32,000 nucleotides of DNA from Demequinaceae bacterium (GCA_965250005.1 OZ252279.1:270001-302000); one strand, 5' to 3'; positions 1 to 10,616 are shown, counted from the stretch's first letter. Notes: a model not told the origin generated them from the sequence alone. Program-made: numbers and translations.

Positions 1-417
1 AGATTCGAGGTCTTCGTGAACGAGCAGGGCGTATCGGTTGAGGGCGAGCGCGATGCACTTGACGACGACCCGGGCACCTTGCACTGCATCGTCTACGACG
101 GCGACGGGTGCATCGGGGCTGGTCGCCTGCTGGCTCCCGTCGCGGGTGAGAACGGTGACGATGGCAACCCGCACATCGGCCGCGTGGCAGTGTCCAAGAA
201 TGTGCGCGTGGGCGGTGTGGGCAGGATGATCATGGATTTTCTTGAGGCGGCGGCTCTCGACATGTTCGGGCACAACGGCGAAGTGCGCATCGAGTTGAGC
301 GCTCAGGATCAGGCGATCGGCTTTTACAAGAAGATCGGTTACACGGTTGTGGGCGATCCGTACCTGGACGAGGGAATCGCGCATCATGACGCCCATAAAG
401 ATTTGCGCGTCCGCTAA
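1..417 (+). CDS. GNAT family N-acetyltransferase (5' end outside window)
   Basis: The frame is open from base 1 (RFEVFVNEQGV...) to stop TAA at 415-417. It has a motif-A-like RVGGVGRMIM and a C-terminal FYKKIGY typical of the GNAT fold. Confidence 0.7.
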   Translation, partial: RFEVFVNEQGVSVEGERDALDDDPGTLHCIVYDGDGCIGAGRLLAPVAGENGDDGNPHIGRVAVSKNVRVGGVGRMIMDFLEAAALDMFGHNGEVRIELSAQDQAIGFYKKIGYTVVGDPYLDEGIAHHDAHKDLRVR

Positions 418-464
418 CTCGTGACACAGCCGGGCCAGGCGCGAACGGCGTCGGCTGGCGCACC

Positions 465-470
465 TAGAAT
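465..470 (+). promoter_or_regulatory. -10-like TAGAAT 7 nt before dnaE ATG (leaderless candidate)
   Basis: cacCTAGAATcgagtccATG, with no SD-like purine run in between. Confidence 0.4.
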
Positions 471-477
471 CGAGTCC

Positions 478-3400
478 ATGCCTGGCAAGGACTTCGTCCA
501 TCTACACGTTCACACGGAATACTCCATGCTGGACGGCGCTGCCCGCCTGGACGACCTCTTCGAGGAAGCGAAATCGCTGGGCCAGAGCGCGATGGCGACC
601 ACGGACCATGGGTTCGTCTTTGGGGCCTACGATTTCTGGTCGAAGGCCAGGCGCGCCGGTATCAAGCCGGTCATCGGAGTCGAGGCCTACCTGACACCTG
701 GAACGGCCCGCGCCGACCGGACCCGCGTGAAGTGGGGGAACCAGACGCAGGCGTCGGACGATGTCTCCGCGGGCGGGGCCTACACGCACATGACGATGTG
801 GGCCAAAAACACAGCCGGCATGCACAACCTGTTCCGGATGGCGAGCCACGCGTCGCTCGAAGGCCAGTTCTACAAGCCGCGCATGGACCGCGAGTTGCTC
901 AACAACTATGGCGATGGCCTGATCGCCACCACTGGATGCCCGTCAGGAGAAGTCCAAACTCGCATGCGGCTGGGACAGTACGACGAGGCAGTGAAGGCCG
1001 CGGGCGAGTTCCAGGATGTGTTCGGGCGGGAGAGTTTCTACGTCGAACTCATGGACCACGGCATCGACATCGAGAAGCGCGTCATCGAGGACCTGTTGCA
1101 ACTCTCGAAGGACATTGGCGCTCCGCTGCTGGCAACAAATGACCTGCACTACGCGCGCAAGGGTGACGCGCACGCGCACGAAGCACTGCTGTGCGTGCAA
1201 TCCGGCAAGACCCTCGCGGACCCGGACCGCTTCAGATTTGACGGCAACGACTACTTCCTCAAGAGCGCCGAGGCAATGCGGGCCATGTGGGCCGATCACC
1301 CCGACGCGTGCGACAACACCCTGGTGGTGGCAGAGCAGTGCGACGTCGAGTTCAACACTGCCGCAGATTACATGCCTCGCTTCGAGTGCCCGGCCGGAGA
1401 AGACGAACACTCATGGTTCGTCAAGGAAGTCCAGCGCGGGCTCGCGGAGCGCTACCGTGGAGCCGTCCCGGCTCATGTGCAGGAGCGCGCAGATTTCGAG
1501 ATCGGCGTCATTTCAGACAAGGGATACCCCGGGTACTTCCTCGTAGTCGCTGACTTTGTTCGCTGGGCCAAGGACAACGGCATCCGGGTAGGGCCGGGTC
1601 GCGGCTCCGGAGCGGGCTCGATGGCCGCCTACTCCATGGGGATCACCGACCTCGACCCCATCGTCCACGGTCTGTACTTTGAGCGCTTCCTCAACCCGGA
1701 GAGGCTCTCCAAGCCCGACTTCGATATTGACTTTGACGAGCGTAGGCGCGGCGAGGTGATCCGCTACGTGAGCGACAAGTACGGCGAGGACAAAGTCGCC
1801 CAGATCGTCACGTACGGCACCATTAAAGCCAAGCAGGCGCTCAAGGACGCCGCACGTGTGCTCGGCAAGCCCTACTCGCTTGGCGAGCAGCTGACCAAGG
1901 CGTACCCGGAGCCGGTTCAGGGCCGGGACCTCGCGCTCGGCAAGGTCTACGACAAGACGGACGACCGCTACTCCGAGGGCGGCGACTTCCGCACCCTTGT
2001 GGACGCGGACCCTGACGCAAAAGAGACCGTCAAACTGGCGCGGGGACTCGAGGGCCTCAAGCGCCAGTGGGGCGTTCACGCGGCCGGCGTCATCATGTCG
2101 GACACGCCGCTCATCGACATCATTCCGATCATGCGGCGCGAGCAGGACGGCGCGGTGATCACGCAATTCGACTACCCGACGTGCGAGGCGCTTGGTCTTA
2201 TCAAGATGGACTTCCTCGGGCTACGAACGCTAACGCTTTTGGACGACGCGCTCGAAAACATCGTGAGCAACGGCAAAGAACCGATCGTGCTTGAGGACCT
2301 CGAACTCGAGGACCAGGCGACGTTCGACATGCTCGCTCGCGGCGACACGCTGGGCGTGTTCCAGCTCGATGGCGTCGCGATGCGCTCGTTGCTACGGCAG
2401 CTGAAGCCCGACTCCTTTGAGGATATTTCTGCTGTGCTCGCGCTCTACCGCCCGGGTCCGATGGGCGTGAACTCGCACATCAACTACGCGGAGCGCAAGA
2501 ACGGCCGCCAGCGGGTTGACTACATCCACCCCGAGCTCGAGGCTCCCCTCAAGGAGGTTCTCGAGGTCACTTACGGGCTGATCGTCTATCAAGAGCAAGT
2601 TCAGCGCGTCGCGCAGATTGTTGCCGGATACAGCCTGGGCGCGGCAGACAACCTGCGCCGCGCCATGGGAAAAAAGAAGAAGGAGGTCCTCGACAAAGAG
2701 TTCGAGCCCTTCAGCGCGGGAATGCGCGAACGCGGCTACTCGGACGCAGCGATCGACGACCTCTGGAAGACCCTTGTTCCTTTCGCTGATTACGCCTTCA
2801 ACAAGGCGCACACTGCCTCGTATGGAGTCCTGAGTTTCTGGACCGGGTACCTCAAGGCCCACTATCCCACGGAATTCATGGCGGCGCTGCTGACGTCCGT
2901 GGGGGCGGACAAGGACAAGTCCGCCATCTATCTTGCGGAATGCCGCCGCATGGGCACAACGGTGCTCCCGCCGGACGTGAATTCGTCGGGCGCGCACTTC
3001 GGGGCCGTGGGCGACGACATCCGGTTCGGGCTCACGGCTGTCCGCAACGTGGGTTCCAACGTTGTTGCGGAGATCGTCAAGGCGCGCGAAGCCAAGGGCG
3101 CGTTCACGTCTTTCTCGGACTTCCTCGACAAGGTTTCCGCAAGCGTGTGCAACAAGCGCACAGTGGATTCCCTGGTGAAGGCGGGCGCTTTTGACTCGCT
3201 CGGCCACGCACGGCGCGCTCTGAACGCGGTCCACGAGCGTGCCGTCGACTCCGTGGTTGGTGTCAAGCGCCAGGAGGCCACCGGACAGTTCGATCTCTTT
3301 GGAGGCGACGTGGACCTAGGGGCGGGTGTCAAGGTTGAGGTCCCTGACCTCGAGGAGTGGGACAAGAATACGCTGTTGACATTCGAGCGGGACATGCTGG

Positions 3401-3999
3401 GGTTGTACGTCTCGGACCACCCGCTGAGCGGGATCGAGGTGGCACTGCGCTCACAGGCCACCCACCAGGTGTTGTCTGCGACTCCGACGAACGGGATTGG
3501 CGAGGGCGACATGATCACGTTCGCGGGCCTCGTGACGCGTGTCGACCGACGGGTGGCTAAGTCCGGCAATGCCTACGGCATCGTCACGCTCGAGGACATG
3601 ACGGGCGAGATCGAGATCTCGTTCTTTGGCAAGACGTTCGTCAAGCACGACCGTGATCTGGCCGACGACGCCGTGCTCGCGATCAAAGTTCGGGTCCGTG
3701 AGCGTGGCGAGGGCGCGCTTCAGTTCTCCGCTGTCGATGTCAACGTGCCCAACTTGAATGTCGAGGACACATCGCCGCTCGCGATCACCTTGCCTGCGAG
3801 CCGGGTCACGCCGCCGCTTGTGGAGCAGGTTAAGGAGATTCTGGGCGCGCACCCTGGAACCATCGAGGTCCGGATGGTGCTGACCGGCCAGGAGAAGCCA
3901 CTCACGATGCGCTTGGGTGACGAGTTTCGGGTGTCGCGGTCAAGTGCGCTGTACGGCGACCTGAAGGCCGCGTTCGGCCCGGCGTGCCTCGCTAACTAG
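478..3999 (+). CDS. dnaE: DNA polymerase III alpha subunit (DnaE1 type)
   Basis: The product is about 1170 aa. It has the N-terminal PHP motif FVHLHVHTEYSMLDGA, GVHAAGV, and OB-fold and C-terminal regions characteristic of DnaE. ATG 478 is preferred over GTG 421 because TAGAAT (465-470) lies 7 nt upstream. Confidence 0.95.
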   Translation: MPGKDFVHLHVHTEYSMLDGAARLDDLFEEAKSLGQSAMATTDHGFVFGAYDFWSKARRAGIKPVIGVEAYLTPGTARADRTRVKWGNQTQASDDVSAGGAYTHMTMWAKNTAGMHNLFRMASHASLEGQFYKPRMDRELLNNYGDGLIATTGCPSGEVQTRMRLGQYDEAVKAAGEFQDVFGRESFYVELMDHGIDIEKRVIEDLLQLSKDIGAPLLATNDLHYARKGDAHAHEALLCVQSGKTLADPDRFRFDGNDYFLKSAEAMRAMWADHPDACDNTLVVAEQCDVEFNTAADYMPRFECPAGEDEHSWFVKEVQRGLAERYRGAVPAHVQERADFEIGVISDKGYPGYFLVVADFVRWAKDNGIRVGPGRGSGAGSMAAYSMGITDLDPIVHGLYFERFLNPERLSKPDFDIDFDERRRGEVIRYVSDKYGEDKVAQIVTYGTIKAKQALKDAARVLGKPYSLGEQLTKAYPEPVQGRDLALGKVYDKTDDRYSEGGDFRTLVDADPDAKETVKLARGLEGLKRQWGVHAAGVIMSDTPLIDIIPIMRREQDGAVITQFDYPTCEALGLIKMDFLGLRTLTLLDDALENIVSNGKEPIVLEDLELEDQATFDMLARGDTLGVFQLDGVAMRSLLRQLKPDSFEDISAVLALYRPGPMGVNSHINYAERKNGRQRVDYIHPELEAPLKEVLEVTYGLIVYQEQVQRVAQIVAGYSLGAADNLRRAMGKKKKEVLDKEFEPFSAGMRERGYSDAAIDDLWKTLVPFADYAFNKAHTASYGVLSFWTGYLKAHYPTEFMAALLTSVGADKDKSAIYLAECRRMGTTVLPPDVNSSGAHFGAVGDDIRFGLTAVRNVGSNVVAEIVKAREAKGAFTSFSDFLDKVSASVCNKRTVDSLVKAGAFDSLGHARRALNAVHERAVDSVVGVKRQEATGQFDLFGGDVDLGAGVKVEVPDLEEWDKNTLLTFERDMLGLYVSDHPLSGIEVALRSQATHQVLSATPTNGIGEGDMITFAGLVTRVDRRVAKSGNAYGIVTLEDMTGEIEISFFGKTFVKHDRDLADDAVLAIKVRVRERGEGALQFSAVDVNVPNLNVEDTSPLAITLPASRVTPPLVEQVKEILGAHPGTIEVRMVLTGQEKPLTMRLGDEFRVSRSSALYGDLKAAFGPACLAN

Positions 4000-4060
4000 C
4001 GCGAGCGTTGTTGTGGCTGTCCGATGAATGGTGTCGGCGCGGGGACCACAGCGGCGCCGA

Positions 4061-4066
4061 TAGACT
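4061..4066 (+). promoter_or_regulatory. -10-like TAGACT 6 nt before hisD GTG (leaderless candidate)
   Basis: ccgaTAGACTcgtcgcGTG, with no SD. Confidence 0.4.
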
Positions 4067-4072
4067 CGTCGC

Positions 4073-5395
4073 GTGCTCAATCGTCACGACCTCAGAGGCC
4101 GAAAGCTGACCGCCCGCGAACTGCGCGACGCGGTCCCGCGTGCCCAGGAAGACATCAACACCGCAATGGACGTCGTCCAGCCAATCATCGCCGACGTGCG
4201 GCTTCGCGGCGGCGAGGCTCTGCGAGAGTTGGCGCTGCGCTTCGACGGTGTGGTGCCGATGTCGCTGCGTGTGCCAGCGGAGGCCATCACCGCCGCCCTT
4301 GAGACGCTCGATCCAGCGGTTCGCGCCGCGCTCGAAGAGGCGATTGTGCGAGTCAAGGCCTTCCACGAAGCCACTGTCCCGCCGCCGGTGACGGTCGAAC
4401 TCGCGCCGGGCGCCAGCGTGTCCCAGCGGTGGATTCCCGTGCGCCGGGTGGGCCTCTACGTGCCGGGTGGACTCGCCGTTTACCCCAGCTCCGTCGTCAT
4501 GAACGTGGTGGCCGCTCAGGCCGCAGGCGTCGCATCGATCGCCGTGTCAACACCGCCTCAGTCCGATAATGACGGCCTTCCCAATCCAACGATTCTCGCG
4601 GCGTGCGCACTGCTGGGCGTGGACGAGGTCTACGCGGTGGGCGGGGCGCAGGCCATCGGCATGCTAGCGTTCGGCGCTGATGACGGGGGAGCGCCACTGT
4701 GCGAGCCCGTTGACGTGATTACGGGCCCCGGCAATCGGTTTGTTGCGGCCGCCAAGCGCGCAGTTCAGGGAATCGTTGGGATCGACGCCGAAGCCGGGCC
4801 GACGGAGATAGCGGTGGTCGCCGACGCATCGGCTGACGCGGACTACATCGCCGCTGATTTGGTCTCTCAGGCGGAGCACGACCCGCTCGCGGGTTCGGTG
4901 CTCATCACCGACTCCGAGGAGCTCGCGGACGCTGTCGAGGCCGCGGTCGACGCGCGCGTTGGCGCGACCAGGCACGCCGTGCGCGTGAAGGAAGCGCTCA
5001 GCGGCAACCAGAGCGCAATTGTCCTCACGGGCGGGATTGATCAGTCGCTTGAAGTTGCGAACGCCTATGGCGCCGAGCACCTAGAGATCCACACTGCGAA
5101 CGCTGGCGACGACGCAACCCGCGTAACAAGCGCGGGCGCGATCTTTGTGGGGCCGCACTCGCCGGTGTCGCTTGGTGACTATATTGCTGGCTCCAACCAC
5201 GTCCTTCCAACGGGGGGAAGCGCGCGCTTCGCTTCGGGATTAAACACCACATCGTTCCTCAAAGCCGTCTCGGTGGTCGAGTACGGCGCGGAGGCGCTCG
5301 ACGCCGTCGCGGACAAAATCAGTGCCCTGGCCGACGCTGAAAACCTGCCCGCCCACGGCGAGGCGGTGCGGGCACGGCGAGGCGAGCGCCCGTAG
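4073..5395 (+). CDS. hisD: Histidinol dehydrogenase
   Basis: 440 aa with typical HisD sequence (SQAEHD, GDYIAGSNHVLPT). It is the first gene of a hisD-hisC-hisB order. Confidence 0.95.
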   Translation: MLNRHDLRGRKLTARELRDAVPRAQEDINTAMDVVQPIIADVRLRGGEALRELALRFDGVVPMSLRVPAEAITAALETLDPAVRAALEEAIVRVKAFHEATVPPPVTVELAPGASVSQRWIPVRRVGLYVPGGLAVYPSSVVMNVVAAQAAGVASIAVSTPPQSDNDGLPNPTILAACALLGVDEVYAVGGAQAIGMLAFGADDGGAPLCEPVDVITGPGNRFVAAAKRAVQGIVGIDAEAGPTEIAVVADASADADYIAADLVSQAEHDPLAGSVLITDSEELADAVEAAVDARVGATRHAVRVKEALSGNQSAIVLTGGIDQSLEVANAYGAEHLEIHTANAGDDATRVTSAGAIFVGPHSPVSLGDYIAGSNHVLPTGGSARFASGLNTTSFLKAVSVVEYGAEALDAVADKISALADAENLPAHGEAVRARRGERP

Positions 5396-5421
5396 CTCTG
5401 CGCTCTCAATAGGATGAGCGT

Positions 5422-6516
5422 ATGGACCTGCCGCTGCGCCCCGAGTTCCAGGGCGTGCACCCGTATGGTGCACCCCAGCTCGACGTTGCCGCGCGGCTGA
5501 ACGTCAACGAGAATCCGTACGCGCCGCCCCCGTCCGTAGTGGACGCAATTGCCAAGGCAGTTCACAATGCAGCGGAGGGCCTCAACCGGTACCCCGACCG
5601 TGACGCGGTCCAACTCAGAACCGATTTGGCGGAGTACCTTGAGCACGAGTCGCACGCGAGCGAACTCTCATTCGAGAACATCTGGCCAGCCAACGGGTCC
5701 AATGAGGTAATGCTGCACCTGCACCAGGCCTTTGGCGGTCCGGGCCGCAAAGTGCTGACGTTCACGCCCACCTACTCGATGTACCCCGAGTACGCGCGCG
5801 ACACTTTCACCGAGTTCGAGACCCTGCCGCGCCGCGAGGACTTCACCGTTGACGTGGGCGAAGCGATCGCGTATATCAACACGATCCGCCCCACACTGGT
5901 GCTCCTTGCGAGCCCAAACAACCCCACCGGTACCGCGCTGCCGCTTGACGACGCGCGCGCCCTGTGCGCCGCGGCCGCAGAGGTGCCCGGCGGCTGCGTC
6001 GTGGTGGTCGACGAGGCCTACGCGGAGTTTCGTCGCCAAGGGGTGCCCAGCGCGGTCACACTCCTCGAAGAATTCCCCAACCTTGCGGTGTGCCGCACTA
6101 TGTCCAAGGCCTTCGCGCTTGCTGGCGGGAGGCTTGGGTACCTCGCCGCGAGCACTGAAGTTGTTGACGCTTTGCGCGTCGTCCGCCTTCCGTATCACTT
6201 GAGTGGGGTTACGCAGGCCGTAGCGCGAGCGGCGCTCGGCCACGCGCGAGACCTGCAGGCGCAGGTGGATGAGGTTCGCGCCGAGCGTGATGAGACGGTC
6301 GCATGGCTACGCGCGCGCGGCCACACGGTCGCGGACACGGACGCCAACTTCGCGTTGTTTGGCCCGTTCGAGGATCGTGAGAAGGCGTTTTCAGAGTTGC
6401 TTGACCGTGGCGTGCTGATCCGCGTTGTCGGTCCTGACGGATGGTTGCGCGTGTCGATCGGCACGCCGCAGGAAATGGCGCAGTTCCGCGCCGCCCTAGA
6501 AGAGGTGACCGCATGA
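5422..6516 (+). CDS. hisC: Histidinol-phosphate aminotransferase
   Basis: 364 aa class-II aminotransferase with the PLP-lysine context [15 protein letters not shown] and NPNNPTG. It sits between hisD and hisB. Confidence 0.93.
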   Translation: MDLPLRPEFQGVHPYGAPQLDVAARLNVNENPYAPPPSVVDAIAKAVHNAAEGLNRYPDRDAVQLRTDLAEYLEHESHASELSFENIWPANGSNEVMLHLHQAFGGPGRKVLTFTPTYSMYPEYARDTFTEFETLPRREDFTVDVGEAIAYINTIRPTLVLLASPNNPTGTALPLDDARALCAAAAEVPGGCVVVVDEAYAEFRRQGVPSAVTLLEEFPNLAVCRTMSKAFALAGGRLGYLAASTEVVDALRVVRLPYHLSGVTQAVARAALGHARDLQAQVDEVRAERDETVAWLRARGHTVADTDANFALFGPFEDREKAFSELLDRGVLIRVVGPDGWLRVSIGTPQEMAQFRAALEEVTA

Positions 6517-7112
6517 CCCGCACGGGCCGCATCGAGCGCAAAACGTCCGAGTCCGAGGTGCTGGTCGAGCTCGACCTCGACGGCTCCGGCAAGACCACCA
6601 TCGACACCGGCGTGCCGTTCTACGACCACATGCTCACCGCACTCGGCAAGCACTCCCTCATGGATCTCACCGTTAAGGCGAAGGGCGATGTCGAGATCGA
6701 CTCGCACCACACCGTAGAGGACGTCGCGATATGCATCGGCGACGCTCTCAAGGAGGCGCTCGGGGACAAGGTTGGCATCTCCCGCTTTGGCGACGCGCTG
6801 GTGCCGTTGGACGAGTCGCTCGCCCAGTGCGTCGTGGACGTATCCGGTCGCCCGTACTTTGTTCACATGGGCGAGCCCGTCGGCCAAGCCACACACCTCA
6901 TCGGCGGAAACTTCGCCGGGTCGCTCACGGGCCACGTGCTCGAGTCGATCGCGCATCACGCCGGGATTTGCGTGCACATGCGTGTGATTGCGGGCCGCGA
7001 CCCGCACCACATTGTCGAAGCCCAGTTCAAGGCGCTCGCTCGCGCCCTCCGGGCCGCCGTCGCGCCAGACGAGCGCGTCACGGGCATCCCGAGCACCAAG
7101 GGTGCGCTGTGA
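6513..7112 (+). CDS. hisB: Imidazoleglycerol-phosphate dehydratase
   Basis: The [16 protein letters not shown] start and HH(I/T)VE motifs match HisB. ATG 6513 overlaps the hisC stop (ATGA). The longer track ORF from 6441 was rejected. Confidence 0.93.
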   Translation: MTRTGRIERKTSESEVLVELDLDGSGKTTIDTGVPFYDHMLTALGKHSLMDLTVKAKGDVEIDSHHTVEDVAICIGDALKEALGDKVGISRFGDALVPLDESLAQCVVDVSGRPYFVHMGEPVGQATHLIGGNFAGSLTGHVLESIAHHAGICVHMRVIAGRDPHHIVEAQFKALARALRAAVAPDERVTGIPSTKGAL

Positions 7113-7594
7113 GCGACCAGGCGCCCTCCGAGCCGCACCTCGAGCGCGACACGGTCGCAATGCTCACCCCGATCCCCAACGGCAAGGTCCTCGCCGCCAT
7201 CTGCGGAATCAACAAGATTTACGCCAAGGTGATTGAGACGCCTGCCGGCGCGTTCGCGGTGCTCGACGACTCGTCCGAGAGCGCTTGCGATGACGCGGCA
7301 GCGGCTATCTCGATGTTCGTCAAGGACCGGCCGATGCTCGCGATGGAGCGGCGCGACGGGCAGATTTCGATTCGTCAGTGGCTTGGGGGCGCCAAGGGGT
7401 CGCCGGTGTCACCTGGATTGGCGCTCGACAAGGCGCCCAACTCCATCACGAGGCTGATGACAGGTACACGGACCATCGAGCAGCTCGCCGCCGATCACCC
7501 AGAGATGGTCCACGCGGGCCACACGACGCGCTGGGGCGCGTTCTGGGCGCTCCGCAGGCTCTCGGCGCAAGCCAAGCGCGAGCAGCGAGACTAA
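7109..7594 (+). CDS. Hypothetical protein coupled to hisB
   Basis: GTG 7109 overlaps the hisB stop (GTGA). The product is about 161 aa with no family I recognise. ATG 7160 (MLTPIPNGK) is an alternative start. The upstream part of track ORF 6731-7594 overlaps hisB out of frame and was rejected. Confidence 0.55.
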   Translation: MSDQAPSEPHLERDTVAMLTPIPNGKVLAAICGINKIYAKVIETPAGAFAVLDDSSESACDDAAAAISMFVKDRPMLAMERRDGQISIRQWLGGAKGSPVSPGLALDKAPNSITRLMTGTRTIEQLAADHPEMVHAGHTTRWGAFWALRRLSAQAKREQRD

Positions 7595-7595
7595 G

Positions 7596-7620
7596 CCCGC
7601 ATGGCGGATCAGCCAGCGGG
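7596..7620. terminator. Hairpin between convergent genes (possible bidirectional terminator)
   Basis: cccgcAtggc-ggatca-gccagcggg forms a 9-bp stem with one bulge and a 6-nt loop. It lies in the 55-nt gap between the 7594 stop (+) and the 7650 stop (-). Only TT follows it, so there is no real U-tract. Confidence 0.35.
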
Positions 7621-7649
7621 TTCGATCCGCCCGCCCGCCCGCCGCCTGC

Positions 7650-9098
7650 CTAGGCCGAATGCTCGGCCAGGCAAGCGTCCAAGTTCTTCTTTGCCGCAGC
7701 CTCGGTAGCCTTCGCTTCCTTGAGGTTTTCCTGACGCTCCGCGAGGCGCGCCTTGACGTCGGGGAGTTTGGCAGTCTCATCCTTGATCCGCTTGTCGACG
7801 CTCGCGGCGATGTCCTTGAGGTCCGCGACCTTGATGAGCTCGCCGTCGAGTTTTGCGAACTGCACGCCGCCCGAGGTCCCGACAGACGGGCCCTTCCGTG
7901 CATCGGCGAGGTCCTTCTTGCGTGCCTTGAGGTCCGCGATGCGGCCCTCTTGAGCGGCCACGTTCGCCTTGGCCGTCGCCACTAGGTCTGCGCGGCCCTT
8001 TGCGATCTTCTTGGCGGACGCCCACGCTTTGCGCTTGGGCTCGCATTCTCTCGGGGTTGAGGCACCGCCACTGCCGCGCTTCTTCCAAACAAACCACACG
8101 ATCGCCACGATGATGGCGAGCAGGAGTAGCCAACCGAATATCGAACTGCCACTGCCGTCCGACGAGGCGCCGCCTTCGGACTTGCCGCCGTTCGACGCGT
8201 TGTCGTCCGCATCCGTGTCATCGTCCGAGGATTCGGTTCCGGATATCTCAAGAGTGATGGTGTCGCCCATGTGATAAAGATCCGTGGCCGTGCGCGGCAC
8301 GCTCGGATAGGCCGTGACGATGGACTCGCAGGTGTTGCAGTCTCCGTACTCACCGGCGTGCGTGTGCGAAGCGAATCCGTAGGTCCAGTCGGTGCCGCCG
8401 TACGACGCGAGGGCCTTGGTGTCGACCGCAGCTACCACCCAGTCGTCCGCAACGTAGACGGCGCCGTCGAACGCGAGCTCATCAACGCTGCTTTCCGTTT
8501 TCACAAGCGCAAAATCGAGCGGCAAGCCTCCTGCCTCGATCGTGCTCGCGACGAGTGATCCGCCCTGCCAGGTGTCCCCGGGGAACGCCGCGTCCGCGAT
8601 CCACCCGGTCATGCCGGGAAACCCGATGACAAAGTCAATCTGCGACGTCAGCGAGGGAACAGAGGCGCCGCGCGATGTTGGCATTGCGCGCGACGCGATG
8701 AAGAAGGCATATTCGTTCGTGTCGACCACGCCGTGGCCGGCGATGGTGGTGAGAGTCGCCTCGTTCTCGAGCGCGTTGACGAGCGACGCGTATCCTGCGG
8801 CTCCGGGCCGGATGACCGCGGCTCCGATGTAGTCGGGCGTCGCACCAGGGTTCGTGTCGCGGGGGAGAGTCGCCACTCCTCTGGGGTTGTCGCCGTAGCG
8901 GAACGACTGCACGTCCGGCACCGTCTGCAGGAGATCGGTGATGTCCTGTACTACGCCGTCGCTGATATCCGCTCGGGAGATCACCTGGATCGCCACGGGA
9001 AGGTCCTGGACCGAGGCGGTCGCGGCGGTTGTCACCGCAGCGGATGCGACCAGCGTCCCGGCCAGCGATGCGGCGATTACAAGTGCGAGCTTCTTCAT
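7650..9098 (-). CDS. Secreted/membrane-anchored protein of unknown function with cytoplasmic coiled-coil tail
   Basis: ATG 9098 is preceded by GGGGAGGG. The protein has a Sec-type signal peptide (MKKLALVIAASLAGTLVASAAVTTAATA) and an ectodomain of about 290 aa containing HTHAGEYGDCNTCE. A D/S/G-rich linker, a TM helix (IFGWLLLLAIIVAIVWFVW, followed by KKRG) and a K/A/E-rich tail of about 140 aa follow. The upstream 174 codons of track ORF 7650-9620 were rejected. Confidence 0.75.
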   Translation of the reverse strand: MKKLALVIAASLAGTLVASAAVTTAATASVQDLPVAIQVISRADISDGVVQDITDLLQTVPDVQSFRYGDNPRGVATLPRDTNPGATPDYIGAAVIRPGAAGYASLVNALENEATLTTIAGHGVVDTNEYAFFIASRAMPTSRGASVPSLTSQIDFVIGFPGMTGWIADAAFPGDTWQGGSLVASTIEAGGLPLDFALVKTESSVDELAFDGAVYVADDWVVAAVDTKALASYGGTDWTYGFASHTHAGEYGDCNTCESIVTAYPSVPRTATDLYHMGDTITLEISGTESSDDDTDADDNASNGGKSEGGASSDGSGSSIFGWLLLLAIIVAIVWFVWKKRGSGGASTPRECEPKRKAWASAKKIAKGRADLVATAKANVAAQEGRIADLKARKKDLADARKGPSVGTSGGVQFAKLDGELIKVADLKDIAASVDKRIKDETAKLPDVKARLAERQENLKEAKATEAAAKKNLDACLAEHSA

Positions 9099-9167
9099 CG
9101 GCCCTCCCCAGCGTGAGTTTCTGCGAACGTACCAGCTACTACGGCGGGACGCCAATGCGCGCGCCCC

Positions 9168-9173
9168 TAGAAT
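9168..9173 (+). promoter_or_regulatory. -10-like TAGAAT 6 nt before hisH GTG (leaderless candidate)
   Basis: cccCTAGAATtgacccGTG. This would give hisH-hisA-sseB their own promoter downstream of the antisense gene. Confidence 0.45.
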
Positions 9174-9179
9174 TGACCC

Positions 9180-9836
9180 GTGGCTTCCCCCCTTGTATGC
9201 GTGCTTGACTATGGCTTTGGCAATGTCCGGAGCGCTGTCCGTGCGCTCGAGGAGGTAGAGGCGAAGGTGGTGTTGACCGCCGACCGCGACACCGCCCAGA
9301 ACTCGGACGGCCTGGTGGTTCCCGGCGTAGGCGCCTTCGCGGCCGTGATGGAGGGCCTCAAGAACGTTCGCGGAGATCAAATCGTGGAGCGCAGGCTTTC
9401 GGGGGGCCGGCCGGTCCTTGGGATCTGCGTTGGCCTCCAGGTGATGTTTACCGAGGGCGTAGAGCACGGCAAGGTGACCGCTGGGCTCAACCAGTGGCCC
9501 GGCGTCGTTGACCGGCTGGAGGCGCCGGTGGTGCCCAACATGGGCTGGGCCACGGTCGCCCCGCCCGAGGGTTCGCGGATCTTTGCGGGCGTCGAGGCGG
9601 AGCGCTTCTACTTTGTTCACTCGTACGCGGCGCAGACCTTCGCGCTTGGCACGACTGAAGACACAGGGCGCTTGACGCCGCCGCTCGTCACGTGGTCGGA
9701 CGCAGGCACGTTGGACTCGCCTGAGCGCTTCGTGGCTGCAGTCGAGAACGGCCCGCTATCGGCCACACAATTTCACCCTGAGAAGTCCGGGGAAGCAGGC
9801 CTGCGGCTACTTCGCAATTGGGTCGGTACCCTATAG
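9180..9836 (+). CDS. hisH: Imidazole glycerol phosphate synthase, glutamine amidotransferase subunit
   Basis: N-terminal [13 protein letters not shown], the catalytic Cys context GICVGLQV, and C-terminal QFHPEKS all match HisH. The GTG start is preceded by TAGAAT 6 nt upstream. Confidence 0.92.
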   Translation: MASPLVCVLDYGFGNVRSAVRALEEVEAKVVLTADRDTAQNSDGLVVPGVGAFAAVMEGLKNVRGDQIVERRLSGGRPVLGICVGLQVMFTEGVEHGKVTAGLNQWPGVVDRLEAPVVPNMGWATVAPPEGSRIFAGVEAERFYFVHSYAAQTFALGTTEDTGRLTPPLVTWSDAGTLDSPERFVAAVENGPLSATQFHPEKSGEAGLRLLRNWVGTL

Positions 9837-10616
9837 GTGGCCGCCTGGCGCCCCACCAAGGAGATTGAGTTGATCGACACCCCCCGCCTGGAACTGCTGC
9901 CCGCTGTTGATGTCGCCGATGGCCAAGCCGTCCGGCTTGTTCAGGGCGAACTCGGTTCGGAGACGTCCTACGGTGACCCGCTCGCTGCTGCCCTCGATTG
10001 GCAGAACGGCGGTGCCGAATGGATCCACCTGGTGGATCTGGACGCCGCGTTCGGCAAGGGCTCCAACGCGGAGCTTCTCGCCTCGGTGGTGGCGACGCTC
10101 GACACCCAGGTGGAGTTGTCCGGCGGTATCCGAGACGACGCCTCGCTCGAGAGCGCCATGGCGACCGGCTGCCGGCGCGTGAACCTCGGCACAGCGGCCC
10201 TCGAAAACCCGGGGTGGACCGGATCGGCCATTGATCGCTATGGCGACCGCGTGGCCGTGGGGCTGGATGTGCGCGGAACAACGCTAGCGGCGCGCGGTTG
10301 GACCAAAGACGGCGGCGACCTGTGGGAGGTGCTTGCGCGCCTCGACGCCGCAGGGTGCTCGCGTTACGTGGTGACCGATGTCAAGAAAGACGGCATGCTC
10401 ACCGGACCCAACCTCGAGCTCCTCACGCAGGTGTGCGCTGCGACGGACGCGCCTGTGATCGCATCGGGCGGTGTCAGCTCGCTTGACGACATTGCCGCAC
10501 TGCGCGCCCTCACCGGGATCGGAGTCGAGGGCGCAATCGTGGGCAAGGCGCTGTACAACGGAAACTTCACGCTGCCCGAGGCGCTCGACATCGCGGGCCG
10601 GCCGGAACAGGCGTAG
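9837..10616 (+). CDS. hisA: ProFAR isomerase HisA (actinobacterial PriA-type)
   Basis: [21 protein letters not shown] and GGVSSLDDI are typical of HisA/PriA. The start is uncertain (GTG 9837 or TTG 9870). Confidence 0.9.
   Translation: MAAWRPTKEIELIDTPRLELLPAVDVADGQAVRLVQGELGSETSYGDPLAAALDWQNGGAEWIHLVDLDAAFGKGSNAELLASVVATLDTQVELSGGIRDDASLESAMATGCRRVNLGTAALENPGWTGSAIDRYGDRVAVGLDVRGTTLAARGWTKDGGDLWEVLARLDAAGCSRYVVTDVKKDGMLTGPNLELLTQVCAATDAPVIASGGVSSLDDIAALRALTGIGVEGAIVGKALYNGNFTLPEALDIAGRPEQA

Noticed and set aside
421-477. GTG 421 as the dnaE start.
   Set aside because: ATG 478 directly precedes the conserved PHP N-terminus and has a -10-like TAGAAT 7 nt upstream. The 19 extra residues have no counterpart that I know of in DnaE.
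6731-7108. Upstream part of track ORF 6731-7594, overlapping hisB out of frame.
   Set aside because: That stretch has an Arg/Pro-rich artefact-like translation. GTG 7109 gives a GTGA overlap with the hisB stop, as at other junctions in this window.
9099-9620. Upstream 174 codons of track ORF 7650-9620 (minus), which would overlap hisH.
   Set aside because: An internal ATG at 9098 has a strong GGGGAGGG SD and begins a textbook signal peptide. The extension is antisense to hisH and has atypical composition.
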